Shown in pieces: positions 9,161 to 18,018 of a stretch of DNA of 64,000 nucleotides. Position 1 is the first letter of the stretch, and every line of letters begins with the position of its first letter. This DNA comes from Hyphomonadaceae bacterium (GTDB taxonomy: Bacteria; Pseudomonadota; Alphaproteobacteria; Caulobacterales; Aquidulcibacteraceae). The position numbers and the translations under genes are program-made. The notes under the pieces are model-generated. The model saw only the letters and a program-made list of their open reading frames with translations. It searched no databases and was not told the DNA's origin. Location of the stretch: contig JAJTGP010000059.1 in NCBI GenBank assembly GCA_021299265.1, forward strand, positions 28,450 through 92,449, given 5' to 3'.

Positions 9161-10203
9161 GCAGCACATCCGCCAAACTCTGCCCGTGGGCAGGACGGAC
9201 AAGCCACGACACAGCCGGTTGTGCGTGCCGCGAGAATTGAATCAGATCCTTCGAGCAAATCTGTTGTCAGGCGCGCAAGTTCATCGATGAACTTTGCGCG
9301 CGTGCCCAGAGCTGGAGCACGCAAATAGAGCGGTACGCCGACCTCATGGGCCACTTCATAATATTCCTCGTCCAGCTCTACCAAAGTCTCAATATGTTCA
9401 GAGACAAAGGCGATTGGCACCACGATAACGGGAATCTTGTCCGCGCCAGCTCGTTCAATCTCGGTTTCTGTTGCAGGACCAATCCATTTTACCGGGCCGA
9501 CGCGGGATTGATAACAGATGGCATGCTCGAAAGTGTCAGGAAGCAGCGGACGCAACGCTGCCACAGTCTCTTCAACCTGCTTTTGGTACGGGTCGCCATC
9601 CAGAATAATCTTTTCCGGCAAGCCGTGAGCAGACCACAAAACCCGAACGCGCTCTGGTGAGCCACCAGCTTGCCAAGTTTCCATGACCGCTTCAGCGTGC
9701 GCCTCAATAAAGCCAGGCGCATCGGGATAGCAGCAAATCAGTTTCGCAGGCCCACCACCGGCTTTTTTCCAAGCCTTGAGCGACGAATCGGTCGTGGTCG
9801 TAGAAAACTGGGGATAGAGCGGCAGCAGTACGGTTTCGTCTGGACCAAAAGCGCGAACTTCAGCGATGGCATCTTTCACAAACGGTTTCCAATAGCGCAT
9901 AGCTAAGAAGGTTTTCACTTCCGCATTTTCATAGCCAGAACGTGCCTTCACCGCTTTCTCAAGCGCCTCGGCTTGGGCTAGAGTCTCCGGCACCAAAGGC
10001 GAACCACCGCCCATTTTGGCATAATTGGCGCGTGCTGATTTAGCCCGCAACGTTGAGATTAATCTAGCTAACATCCAACGAACCGGACCGGGCACACGAA
10101 TGATAGCTGGGTCAGAAAACAAATTCTTCAAAAAAGGGCGCACAGAGTCCGGCCCATCCGGACCCCCAAGATTGAAGAGCACGATCGCTATTTTCTGTCC
10201 CAT
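9157..10203 (-). CDS. hemH: Ferrochelatase
   Basis: IAIVLFNLGGPD start plus YPQFSTTTT and AHGLPE motifs. Cys-rich C-terminal tail. Confidence 0.95.
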   Translation of the reverse strand: MGQKIAIVLFNLGGPDGPDSVRPFLKNLFSDPAIIRVPGPVRWMLARLISTLRAKSARANYAKMGGGSPLVPETLAQAEALEKAVKARSGYENAEVKTFLAMRYWKPFVKDAIAEVRAFGPDETVLLPLYPQFSTTTTDSSLKAWKKAGGGPAKLICCYPDAPGFIEAHAEAVMETWQAGGSPERVRVLWSAHGLPEKIILDGDPYQKQVEETVAALRPLLPDTFEHAICYQSRVGPVKWIGPATETEIERAGADKIPVIVVPIAFVSEHIETLVELDEEYYEVAHEVGVPLYLRAPALGTRAKFIDELARLTTDLLEGSDSILAARTTGCVVACPSCPRAEFGGCAA

Positions 10204-10256
10204 GGATGTATCAAATACCCTTTGCTCGACCTGCGGCAGTTCAACTTAGCCGAAAT

Positions 10257-11303
10257 CTAGGCCAAACCCTTCACACGCCGCATCACATATTCGACATTGG
10301 CGATCGGTGTTGCAGGCACAACGCCATGTCCCAAGTTAAAGATATGTGGTCCTGTAGCTGCTGCGGCAAGAATAGCATCCACAGCTTGCTCAAGAGCGGC
10401 ACCGCCAGCCATTAAGGCCATAGGATCAAGATTGCCTTGTAAGCAGACCTTTGGGCCCAATGCGGCTCTCGCTGCGCCGAGATCTGCGGCAATGTCGAGA
10501 CCAACACCGTGCACGCCAGTTTCACGGTGGAATTGCCCAACGCGGTGCCCCGCACCCCTTGGGAAGCCAATGATAGGCACTTCAGGATAAACCGCACGAA
10601 CGACATCCATAGCCCGCTTGATCGGCTTAGTAACAAGGCGGGCGAACAAGTGCCCAGGAATATCTTCAGCCCAGGATTCAAAAATCTGCAGCGCATTCGC
10701 ACCGGCTTTAACTTGAGCGATCAGATGTTGACCCACGGCATCAGCCAGAATGGCTAAAAGATCGTCGACTAATTCCGGGTTCTGATACGCAAAGGCACGG
10801 GCAAGATCACGTTCCCCACCTCGACCTTGAATCATATAGGTCGCCAAGGTCCAGGGCGCGCCAGCAAAGCCAATCAGGGCACGGTCGCCATCCATGGCGG
10901 CCCGAACCCGCTCCAAGGCCTCATAGACCGGTGCTAGGCGTGTTTCGAGACGCGACATATCCAGCTTCGCAATATCCTCCGCGCCTTCGAGAGGGGTTAG
11001 AAGAGGGCCTTCGCCTTCGGCAAAACGCACATCGCGACCTAGGGCATGGGGAACCACTAAAATGTCGGAGAAAATGATTGCTGCATCGACTGGATAACGT
11101 CGAACAGGTTGTAAGGTAGCCTCAGCTGCCGCTGCTGGCGCATAACAAAAATCAAGAAAGCTTTTGTTCTGAGCGCGCAACTCACGATACTCAGGTAAAT
11201 GCCTGCCCGCTTGGCGCATAAGCCAGATCGGAGGATGGGCTTGTTGCTCACCTAGGAGGGTGCGAACCAATGCACTGTTTTGACCCTTTGCTCCCTCACC
11301 CAT
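10257..11303 (-). CDS. hemE: Uroporphyrinogen decarboxylase
   Basis: PIWLMRQAGRHLPEY signature and FSDILVVP motif. 348 aa. Confidence 0.95.
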   Translation of the reverse strand: MGEGAKGQNSALVRTLLGEQQAHPPIWLMRQAGRHLPEYRELRAQNKSFLDFCYAPAAAAEATLQPVRRYPVDAAIIFSDILVVPHALGRDVRFAEGEGPLLTPLEGAEDIAKLDMSRLETRLAPVYEALERVRAAMDGDRALIGFAGAPWTLATYMIQGRGGERDLARAFAYQNPELVDDLLAILADAVGQHLIAQVKAGANALQIFESWAEDIPGHLFARLVTKPIKRAMDVVRAVYPEVPIIGFPRGAGHRVGQFHRETGVHGVGLDIAADLGAARAALGPKVCLQGNLDPMALMAGGAALEQAVDAILAAAATGPHIFNLGHGVVPATPIANVEYVMRRVKGLA

Positions 11304-11439
11304 GGTGGGCTCCCCTTCCCTTATAAGATTTAGATTCTTGAATCAGTAAACAGTAGTACGGTGGATAGACTGACCCTTGGAAGTCACCTGCATGACATAA
11401 ATGGATTTCTCAAGCGGTTTATCAGCTTTTGCCCCTGTT

Positions 11440-11457
11440 TTCTCCACAGGGTGGAGA
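11440..11457. promoter_or_regulatory. DnaA-box-like element in a perfect palindrome
   Basis: TTCTCCACA at 11440-11448 matches TTATCCACA at 8/9. It is embedded in TCTCCAC-AGG-GTGGAGA (11441-11457). Confidence 0.4.
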
Positions 11458-11665
11458 GCGCGAAAAGCTCTGAAAATCATGCGATTGCTGTGGGTGCTGC
11501 TGGATAAGTACCCACATTGGGGACGCTTATTTCAACATCTTACCAGCCCTGTGGATGTTCGAGAAAAGTTCCGCAGACTTTTTTGGCTGGTTCTACACAA
11601 GCGAAGATTTGTCTCATCTATTCATACAAAATTAACCGCGTTTCTTAGAGATTCATTAAGTCCCT

Positions 11666-11681
11666 TTAACAAGTTATTAAC
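11666..11681 (+). promoter_or_regulatory. CtrA-box consensus match (TTAA-N7-TTAAC)
   Basis: TTAACAAGTTATTAAC read directly from the sequence, inside the predicted origin and upstream of the DUF299 gene. Confidence 0.5.
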
Positions 11682-11800
11682 AGCCCTACCGGGATAGCTG
11701 GGTCAGACGATCGGTACGTTTTTGGTCAGACCTAAAGAAGTTTGGCCCGATCATGCACGAAGACCTTGATCCGGAATGGTTCGTCGGTCACACCTTCCTT

Positions 11801-12622
11801 ATGCGCATCTCCACTTTTCTAAATGTTCATTTGGTGTCTGACTCGACGGGCGAGACACTTAATGCGGTATTGCGGGCCGTTGCGCCCTTGTTTGAAGGCG
11901 TGACGCCTTTAGAGCATTCCTATTATCTGGTGCGATCTCGCAGGCAATTGGACCGCGTTTTGGCTGAGATTGAGTCATTCCCAGGCGTCGTCCTTTTTAC
12001 CATTGCCGCACATGATTTGCGGGATGTCTTAGTAGATCATTGTAAACGCTTGGGCATCCCAGCCCTACCACTGTTGGACCAAGTTCTCACCATGTGGGAA
12101 CATCATCTGAAAATGCGTGCTGGCGAAAAGACCGGCTCCAAGCAGGCATTGGATGAGAATTATTTCCGCCGGATTGATGCGCTAAACTACACAATGGCCC
12201 ATGACGACGGCCAAATGGTGCATGAATTCAATCAAGCCGAAGTGGTTCTGGTGGGCGTTAGTCGAACATCAAAGACACCAACCTCGATCTATTTGGCCAA
12301 TCGAGGCATCCGAACAGGAAATTTTCCTTTGGTGCCAAAGGCTCCGATTCCGCAGGCGCTGTTAGAGCTCAATAAGCCCTTGGTTGTGGGGTTACGTGTC
12401 TCCCCCGATCGGTTGATCGCCATTCGCCGAAATCGGCTTTTATCTTTGAATGCCGATGCGACCAGCGAATATGTCGATGAAGACGCGGTACGCGAAGAGA
12501 TTACCGATGCTAACCGCTTGTTTGAGCGGCAGAATTGGCCAGTTATCGACGTAACGCGACGATCGATTGAAGAAACTTCAGCAGCTATTTTAAACCTGCT
12601 CGCAGACCGGAACGCGAAATAA
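11801..12622 (+). CDS. Pyruvate,phosphate dikinase / PEP synthase regulatory protein (DUF299 kinase-pyrophosphorylase)
   Basis: HLVSDSTGETL N-terminal signature and P-loop GVSRTSKTPTS. ATG at 11801 preferred over 11753. Confidence 0.85.
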   Translation: MRISTFLNVHLVSDSTGETLNAVLRAVAPLFEGVTPLEHSYYLVRSRRQLDRVLAEIESFPGVVLFTIAAHDLRDVLVDHCKRLGIPALPLLDQVLTMWEHHLKMRAGEKTGSKQALDENYFRRIDALNYTMAHDDGQMVHEFNQAEVVLVGVSRTSKTPTSIYLANRGIRTGNFPLVPKAPIPQALLELNKPLVVGLRVSPDRLIAIRRNRLLSLNADATSEYVDEDAVREEITDANRLFERQNWPVIDVTRRSIEETSAAILNLLADRNAK

Positions 12623-12624
12623 TC

Positions 12625-13212
12625 ATGCTGACGCTTGCTTCAACCAGTGCCATTCGTCGTCATTTATTGACTCAAGCCGGGATAAATTTTGAGGCCGTCG
12701 GGTCCGGCGTGGATGAGGATGCCGTCAAAGAATCCATGCGTGCCGAAGGGGCCAGCCCGCGCAATCAGGCGGATAAGTTAGCTGAACTGAAAGCCTTGAA
12801 AGTGTCCCAGAGACGGCCTGGCTTTGTGCTGGGGTGCGATCAAATTTTGTCGTTTGAAGGTCATTCCTTTGATAAGGCGGAAAACCTTGATGAGGCTTTT
12901 GAGCGCTTAAGCCAATTGCGCGGAAGAACGCACAGTCTTGAATGTGCAGCGGTTATTGCAAAAGATGGTCAAGCCGTATGGCGTTTGGTGACAAGCCCGA
13001 AGCTGACTATGCGCGACTTCTCCGACGACTTCCTGCGGTCCTACTTGAAGCATCATGGGCAAGAGGCACTTTCCAGTGTGGGCTGTTATCAGTTTGAGGG
13101 GCCGGGCGCGCAATTGTTTGAACGGGTTGAGGGCGACTTCTTCTCGATTTTGGGGCTGCCATTGCTAGAAGTTTTGGCGTTTCTGCGCCTGCATGGCGAG
13201 GTCCCGACATGA
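12625..13212 (+). CDS. maf: Maf-like nucleoside triphosphate pyrophosphatase
   Basis: LASTSAIRRHLL start and YQFEGPGAQLFERVEGDFFSILGLPL C-terminal Maf signature. Confidence 0.9.
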   Translation: MLTLASTSAIRRHLLTQAGINFEAVGSGVDEDAVKESMRAEGASPRNQADKLAELKALKVSQRRPGFVLGCDQILSFEGHSFDKAENLDEAFERLSQLRGRTHSLECAAVIAKDGQAVWRLVTSPKLTMRDFSDDFLRSYLKHHGQEALSSVGCYQFEGPGAQLFERVEGDFFSILGLPLLEVLAFLRLHGEVPT

Positions 13213-14060
13213 AAACCACTGGATCAACCGAGCTTTATGCGGTTTTGGGTAATCCAGTCCGGCATTCCATGTCGCCGGTCTTACAAAATGCGTGGATTCA
13301 AGCGCATGGCTTTAAAGCACTTTATGTGGCGCTTCCCGTTGAGCCAGACAATTTTGAGGTGGCATTGCAAGGCCTCGCCGCAAGCGATGTTTGCGGTTTG
13401 AACATCACGACCCCTTTCAAAGAACGCGCTGCCGCAGCAGCCCTTCGCCAGTCGGATCGGGTGAAACTGGTCGGGGCCGCGAATTGTCTAACCCTAGACC
13501 GCGCTGGACGAGGCTATGACGCGAATAATACAGACGGGGATGGCTTGGTTGCTGATTTGGATGCGCGGGCCTCAGACTGGCGCGAAAGAGCCGGTCAAAT
13601 CGTGGTCTTAGGGGCGGGTGGAGCAGCGCGCTCTATCCTTGCCGCCCTCTCTGCGCATAGCCAAAAGCCAATTCATGTCATTAATCGAGACCAAGATCGG
13701 GCGCAGCAGATCGCAAATCAGCTTAATCCCGAACAAATCCAAGTCGGAACTTGGCAAGAGTTGCCACAACACTTGGCTGATGCCAGCCTAGTCATTAATG
13801 CCACCAGTCAGGGCCTAAACAATCAGTCGCCCTTCTCGCCGGACTTTTCGCCAACCCAGCCGGACGCCGTCATTTACGACACCATCTATTCACCGCGCAT
13901 GACGGCCTATCTCGAAAGCGCCAAAGCTTCTAAGCGGCGCTATTTCGACGGACTTGGCATGTTGGCTGGCCAAGGCGCACTCGCGTTTCAACATTGGTTT
14001 GGCGCTCTGCCCGACATTAGGGCCGGTCTAAAAACCCTAGAAGAGGCCTTTGCCGGATGA
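13209..14060 (+). CDS. aroE: Shikimate dehydrogenase
   Basis: LGNPVRHSMSP, NITTPFK and VLGAGGAARS motifs. ATGA overlaps on both sides. Confidence 0.9.
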   Translation: MKTTGSTELYAVLGNPVRHSMSPVLQNAWIQAHGFKALYVALPVEPDNFEVALQGLAASDVCGLNITTPFKERAAAAALRQSDRVKLVGAANCLTLDRAGRGYDANNTDGDGLVADLDARASDWRERAGQIVVLGAGGAARSILAALSAHSQKPIHVINRDQDRAQQIANQLNPEQIQVGTWQELPQHLADASLVINATSQGLNNQSPFSPDFSPTQPDAVIYDTIYSPRMTAYLESAKASKRRYFDGLGMLAGQGALAFQHWFGALPDIRAGLKTLEEAFAG

Positions 14061-14668
14061 AGATCGTTGCGCTAACCGGGTCTATCGGGATGGGGAAGTC
14101 CACCACTTCGGCCATGTTTAAAGACTTGGGCGTGCCCATTTGGGATGCGGATGCAGCAGTCCATCGGCTTTATGCGCCAGATGGGGCCGCAATACCCCCA
14201 CTTAAGGCCTTGATTCCCGAAGCGGTTGGGCCAGCGGGCGTTGATCGAACCGTTTTGACAACTAAAATTCTGCAAGATCCGGGACTTCTCAAGCAGATCG
14301 AAGCCATCGTGCATCCCTTGGTCGGCAAGGATCGCGCTGACTTTTTGGCAGCTGCGCGCGAACAGGGCGCGCCCTTGGTTATGGTCGATGTGCCTTTGCT
14401 GTTTGAAACAGGTGGTGAGGCTTATGTGGATGCGGTGATCGTGGTCTCCTGCCCGCCAGATATGCAGCGGGGACGTGTTGTGGCCCGCCCTGGCATGACA
14501 GAAGAGAAGTTTGAATCCATCCTAGCCCGTCAGACACCCGATGAAGTCAAACGGGCTAAGTCGGATTTTGTCATCGAAACGGGCTTGGGTCTTGACGCCG
14601 CTCGCGAACAAGTTGGGAAAGTTCATGCGGCACTGTTGAGCCAGATAGCCCAAGGGGCAGAAGAATAA
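14057..14668 (+). CDS. coaE: Dephospho-CoA kinase
   Basis: P-loop LTGSIGMGKST and VDVPLLFE motif. Confidence 0.9.
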   Translation: MKIVALTGSIGMGKSTTSAMFKDLGVPIWDADAAVHRLYAPDGAAIPPLKALIPEAVGPAGVDRTVLTTKILQDPGLLKQIEAIVHPLVGKDRADFLAAAREQGAPLVMVDVPLLFETGGEAYVDAVIVVSCPPDMQRGRVVARPGMTEEKFESILARQTPDEVKRAKSDFVIETGLGLDAAREQVGKVHAALLSQIAQGAEE

Positions 14669-14669
14669 G

Positions 14670-15416
14670 ATGCGCGAAATTGTTTTTGATACCGAAACAA
14701 CAGGAACCGACCCCGAAAGGGGCGACCGAATTGTCGAAATCGGGTGCGTGGAACTGATCGACCTTGTTCCTACCGGCGTGACTTTTCACCGATATATCAA
14801 TCCAGAGCGCGATGTTCCGGCAGAAGTTGTGCGGGTTCACGGCCTGACGGGTGACTTCTTGTCCGATAAGCCGGTGTTTGGTGCGTCTGAAGTCGTTGAA
14901 GAGCTCTTGGCCTTTATCGGGGACGCTCCACTCGTCGCCCATAATGCAGAGTTTGACCGCCGCTTCTTGAATGCAGAGCTTGGTCGGCTAGGATTGTCGC
15001 TCATTCCAAAAGAGCGCTGTGTTGATACTTTATTGATCGCGCGCAAGAAATATCCCGGCGCACCTGCCTCTTTGGACGCTTTATGTCGCCGGCTGAACAT
15101 AGATTTGACAGCGCGCGATAAGCACGGAGCGCTGTTAGACTCGCAATTGCTGGCGGCAGTTTATCTCGAACTTAAGGGAGGCCGGGAAAGGCGTCTCGAT
15201 TTTCTCGATCCTGACGCGGCGGCTCAAACCCAGAACCAAACGTCGCAAAGCATTTTGGAAGCCAAATCCAGCCAACCCAAGCGCCAACGTCCCGAAGCTT
15301 TAGCGCTTTTGTCGACCTTAGAGGAAGTAGAGGCGCATCGCGCCTTCGTTGCCACACTGGGTAAGGAACCTGCTTGGAACAGATTCCTTACCGGAAGCGG
15401 TCAGGGGACAGCCTAG
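14670..15416 (+). CDS. dnaQ: DNA polymerase III epsilon subunit (3'-5' proofreading exonuclease)
   Basis: Exo I IVFDTETTG, Exo II LVAHNAEFD, Exo III HGALLDSQLLAAVY. Confidence 0.92.
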   Translation: MREIVFDTETTGTDPERGDRIVEIGCVELIDLVPTGVTFHRYINPERDVPAEVVRVHGLTGDFLSDKPVFGASEVVEELLAFIGDAPLVAHNAEFDRRFLNAELGRLGLSLIPKERCVDTLLIARKKYPGAPASLDALCRRLNIDLTARDKHGALLDSQLLAAVYLELKGGRERRLDFLDPDAAAQTQNQTSQSILEAKSSQPKRQRPEALALLSTLEEVEAHRAFVATLGKEPAWNRFLTGSGQGTA

Positions 15417-15913
15417 GAAGGCTGCCCGACAGAGCGCTCAACCCTTTGGGTGGCATAAAGCGCACCAAAATCCATCGGATCCAACATCAAAGGTGGATAA
15501 CCACCGGCTTGGCTGTTGGTTGCGATCAATTGACGCGCGAATGGGAAGAGGATCTTCGGGCATTCGGCCAGCAGTAATGGCTCCAAAGCATCGCCGGGGA
15601 CATTGGCGAATTGGAACAGGCCAGAATAGACCAATTCGATGATGAATTGGGTCTGGCCCTCACGATCGCTGCGCGCATTGATCTTCAAATCAACTTCAAA
15701 GACCCCGGATTCATCCATCGCCCGAGCGCTCACGTCTAATTGAAGATCGATTTTTGGCTGTGCGCCCTCCCGAAGGGAATTTGGCGCATTTGGATTCTCA
15801 AACGAAAAATCCTTTACATATTGGGCTAAAACACGGACCGAAGGGGCTGTTTCAGCCCCGCCATTCGCTAAAGAACCGTTTTCCAGTGGCGCAGAGGCCG
15901 TATCATCTGTCAT
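15413..15913 (-). CDS. secB: Protein-export chaperone SecB
   Basis: VLAQYVKDFSFENP and LLAECPKILFPFARQLI signatures. ATG at 15913 (MTDD) preferred over 15970. Confidence 0.9.
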   Translation of the reverse strand: MTDDTASAPLENGSLANGGAETAPSVRVLAQYVKDFSFENPNAPNSLREGAQPKIDLQLDVSARAMDESGVFEVDLKINARSDREGQTQFIIELVYSGLFQFANVPGDALEPLLLAECPKILFPFARQLIATNSQAGGYPPLMLDPMDFGALYATQRVERSVGQPS

Positions 15914-16049
15914 GTCTTGATCTCCAGAAGCTGTGGTGGCTAGCACGCAACAGCCCTTTACGGCAACCAAGTGGCTGACTTACGCGTCATTGCATCCTAT
16001 ATGAGGGTATAACCGCCATTTGAAACCAAGCGGAACCGGATCGAAAACC

Positions 16050-16667
16050 ATGGAAATAGTCTTTTTCGCCGTCGTGGCAGCTCTCGTCCTTGGCCGTTTG
16101 TACCAAGTGCTTGGCCAAAACCGTGGCGCTGAGCCACCTCCCATGCGGCAGCCAAGATTTGGTTTACCGGATACACCAGCTGAAAAGGCAGATGGTGAAG
16201 AGCAGCCAGACGATGCCGGTAAGGTTCTAACCTTCCCAGTACGCGAATATGACGGCCCTGGTGCCGCTGGCCTGAAAGCCATCGCCGCCGCTCAGCGCGG
16301 GTTTAGTGCCACTAGCTTCTTAGGGGGCGCGAAGGCTGCCTATGAGATGATTGTAACCGCCTATGGCGCAGGTGACGAAGAGACCCTCAAGGGTTTGGTC
16401 GATGCCGATGTCTTTGAAGCCTACAAAACCGCGATGGATGAACGCCGCGCGGCCAATGCTGCCAAGATCGAAGTCATCCGTTTGAGTGATGCGAAGATCG
16501 TGGAGGCCGAATTGGACGGCAAAATCGCCCGCATCGATGTAGCCTTCTCGTCTGATTTGGCCGACGGGGGGGATGGCCTTCGTGCGGCTGACGAAGTTTG
16601 GACGTTTGAACGAGCTGTTGATGCCCGCGATCCAAACTGGCTTTTGAGCGCGGTTCGGACTGCCTAA
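16050..16667 (+). CDS. Tim44-like domain membrane protein
   Basis: N-terminal TM helix followed by a C-terminal Tim44-like domain (FLGGAKAAYEMIVTAY...WTFER). Conserved secB-neighbour position in alphaproteobacteria. Confidence 0.8.
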   Translation: MEIVFFAVVAALVLGRLYQVLGQNRGAEPPPMRQPRFGLPDTPAEKADGEEQPDDAGKVLTFPVREYDGPGAAGLKAIAAAQRGFSATSFLGGAKAAYEMIVTAYGAGDEETLKGLVDADVFEAYKTAMDERRAANAAKIEVIRLSDAKIVEAELDGKIARIDVAFSSDLADGGDGLRAADEVWTFERAVDARDPNWLLSAVRTA

Positions 16668-16669
16668 GC

Positions 16670-18016
16670 ATGCGCCGTTCTCTAGGTCTTTTGACCGCAT
16701 CAGGATTGATGTTGGTCTCCCTGACAGCTTGTACCACGGTGGCCCCGCCATCAGCGCCAGAGCCTGTGCCGCAACCAACGCCTGCGCCTGTGGTGAAACC
16801 CGCGCCGACACCTATGCCAGCGGTCCCCACACCAAAGGCAACGACGCCTTTGCGACCAGCCACAACGCCAGTTAGCCCTTCGGCTGCACCCGTGCCGCCT
16901 GTCGATATTGTTCCACTCCAGTTCAACCAGAGCGCGTTTGAGAGCTTGCCTAGTTGGGCAGAGACAGATGTGGGCGCTGCCCGCCGCGCACTGGTACGCT
17001 CGTGCGCGATATCGCAAGCCCGGCCCAAAGATCAGCTGTTATCGACCGTCGCGACCTATTCGGGCCGCGTGAGCGACTGGGCTGGCGTTTGCGCCTTGGC
17101 CCAGGACCCCAGCCTTGAAGACCGAAGCTTTTGGGAAAGCCAGTTTCAAGTTTGGCGCGTCTCAACCGAGGCCACGGAAATTGGCCGCCTAACGGGCTAT
17201 TACGAGCCAATCATGGCCGCGTCTCGCATCAAGACACCTGTCTTTTCAGAGCCTATCCAAAGCAGACCTTCTGACCTGTTCGAAATTGATCTAGGCCAAT
17301 TCGACGCCACATTGCGCAATCGCGCGATTGTTGCACGGATGGATCGAGGCAAAGTGGTCCCCTATTGGTCGCGCGCACAGATCAATGAGAACACGGCACC
17401 TATATTAGCTTGGGGTGAGCCGGCGGAAGTTTTATCCTTGCAAGTTCAAGGTTCTGGTCGGCTGCAGTTTGACGACGGCACACAGGTTCGCGCTGCCTTT
17501 GCCGCCCACAATGGGCACCGATTTGGCTCAAACGCGCAAGAACTGATCCGCCGCGGGGCTCTGCCCGTCAATGGTGCTTCCATGGACGCGATCAAGACTT
17601 GGTTTAAGACCGCCTCGCCTAAAGAGGCGCGTGAAGTTTTAAACGCCAATCCGCGCACGGTGTTTTTCCGGCTTGAGCCGATTATAGACGCAAGTGCGGG
17701 TCCAAAGGGTGGGCAGCAAGCTGCCCTTGAAGCCAATGGGTCCCTCGCGGTGGATACAAGCTATCATGCATATGGGGTGCCCATATTCTTGGCAGCAGAC
17801 GCGCCACGGGTCGCGATTTCGGCCGATGTCAGTCTGCGGCGCTTGGTCGTAGCCCAAGACACCGGCGGTGCCATTCGTGGCCCAATCCGCGGTGATCTTT
17901 ATTGGGGCACGGGGCCTGAGGCTGGATTACGGGCAGGCCGTATCAACCATGATGTCCGTTTCTGGGTGCTCCTGCCAAAAGGCATCTCGCCCACCTCCGC
18001 TATTTCGGGTCGCTGA
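16670..18016 (+). CDS. mltA: Membrane-bound lytic murein transglycosylase A (lipoprotein with Pro/Ala-rich linker)
   Basis: Lipobox LVSLTAC. MltA motifs LTGYYEP, QVQGSGRL, DTGGAIRG and DLYWG. Confidence 0.85.
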   Translation: MRRSLGLLTASGLMLVSLTACTTVAPPSAPEPVPQPTPAPVVKPAPTPMPAVPTPKATTPLRPATTPVSPSAAPVPPVDIVPLQFNQSAFESLPSWAETDVGAARRALVRSCAISQARPKDQLLSTVATYSGRVSDWAGVCALAQDPSLEDRSFWESQFQVWRVSTEATEIGRLTGYYEPIMAASRIKTPVFSEPIQSRPSDLFEIDLGQFDATLRNRAIVARMDRGKVVPYWSRAQINENTAPILAWGEPAEVLSLQVQGSGRLQFDDGTQVRAAFAAHNGHRFGSNAQELIRRGALPVNGASMDAIKTWFKTASPKEAREVLNANPRTVFFRLEPIIDASAGPKGGQQAALEANGSLAVDTSYHAYGVPIFLAADAPRVAISADVSLRRLVVAQDTGGAIRGPIRGDLYWGTGPEAGLRAGRINHDVRFWVLLPKGISPTSAISGR

Positions 18017-18018
18017 GC

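Larger units (their letters stand above)
11304..11752. other. Predicted chromosomal replication origin (Cori-type oriC)
   Basis: Largest non-coding gap in the window. It lies between hemE and the DUF299-maf-aroE-coaE-dnaQ block, the same synteny that flanks Caulobacter Cori. AT-enriched. Contains several 7-8/9 DnaA-box-like 9-mers, a perfect TTAA-N7-TTAAC, three GANTC sites and a gene-strand switch. Confidence 0.7.

Noticed and set aside
10518-10534. Eye search for parS (TGTTTCACGTGAAACA). The nearest strings were AGTTTCACGGTGGAATT here and AATTTCACGCGTACC at 63553-63567.
   Set aside because: Each matches only one half-site, and both lie inside coding sequence (hemE, parB). Not credible as centromere sites without a computational scan.
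11656-11669. Second TTAA...TTAA pair in the origin region (TTAAGTCCCTTTAA)
   Set aside because: The spacer is 6 nt, not the 7 nt required by the CtrA consensus. Only the adjacent 11666-11681 site fits.
11401-11697. 98-aa plus-strand ORF inside the hemE/DUF299 gap
   Set aside because: It lies wholly within the AT-rich predicted origin. It has no Shine-Dalgarno and an odd composition (W/F/L/R-rich). The orthologous gap is non-coding in well-studied relatives. Most likely a chance ORF.
16700-16960. Pro/Ala/Thr/Val-rich repetitive stretch
   Set aside because: This is a low-complexity linker after the MltA lipobox, in frame with the gene. It is not a DNA repeat element or a separate feature.
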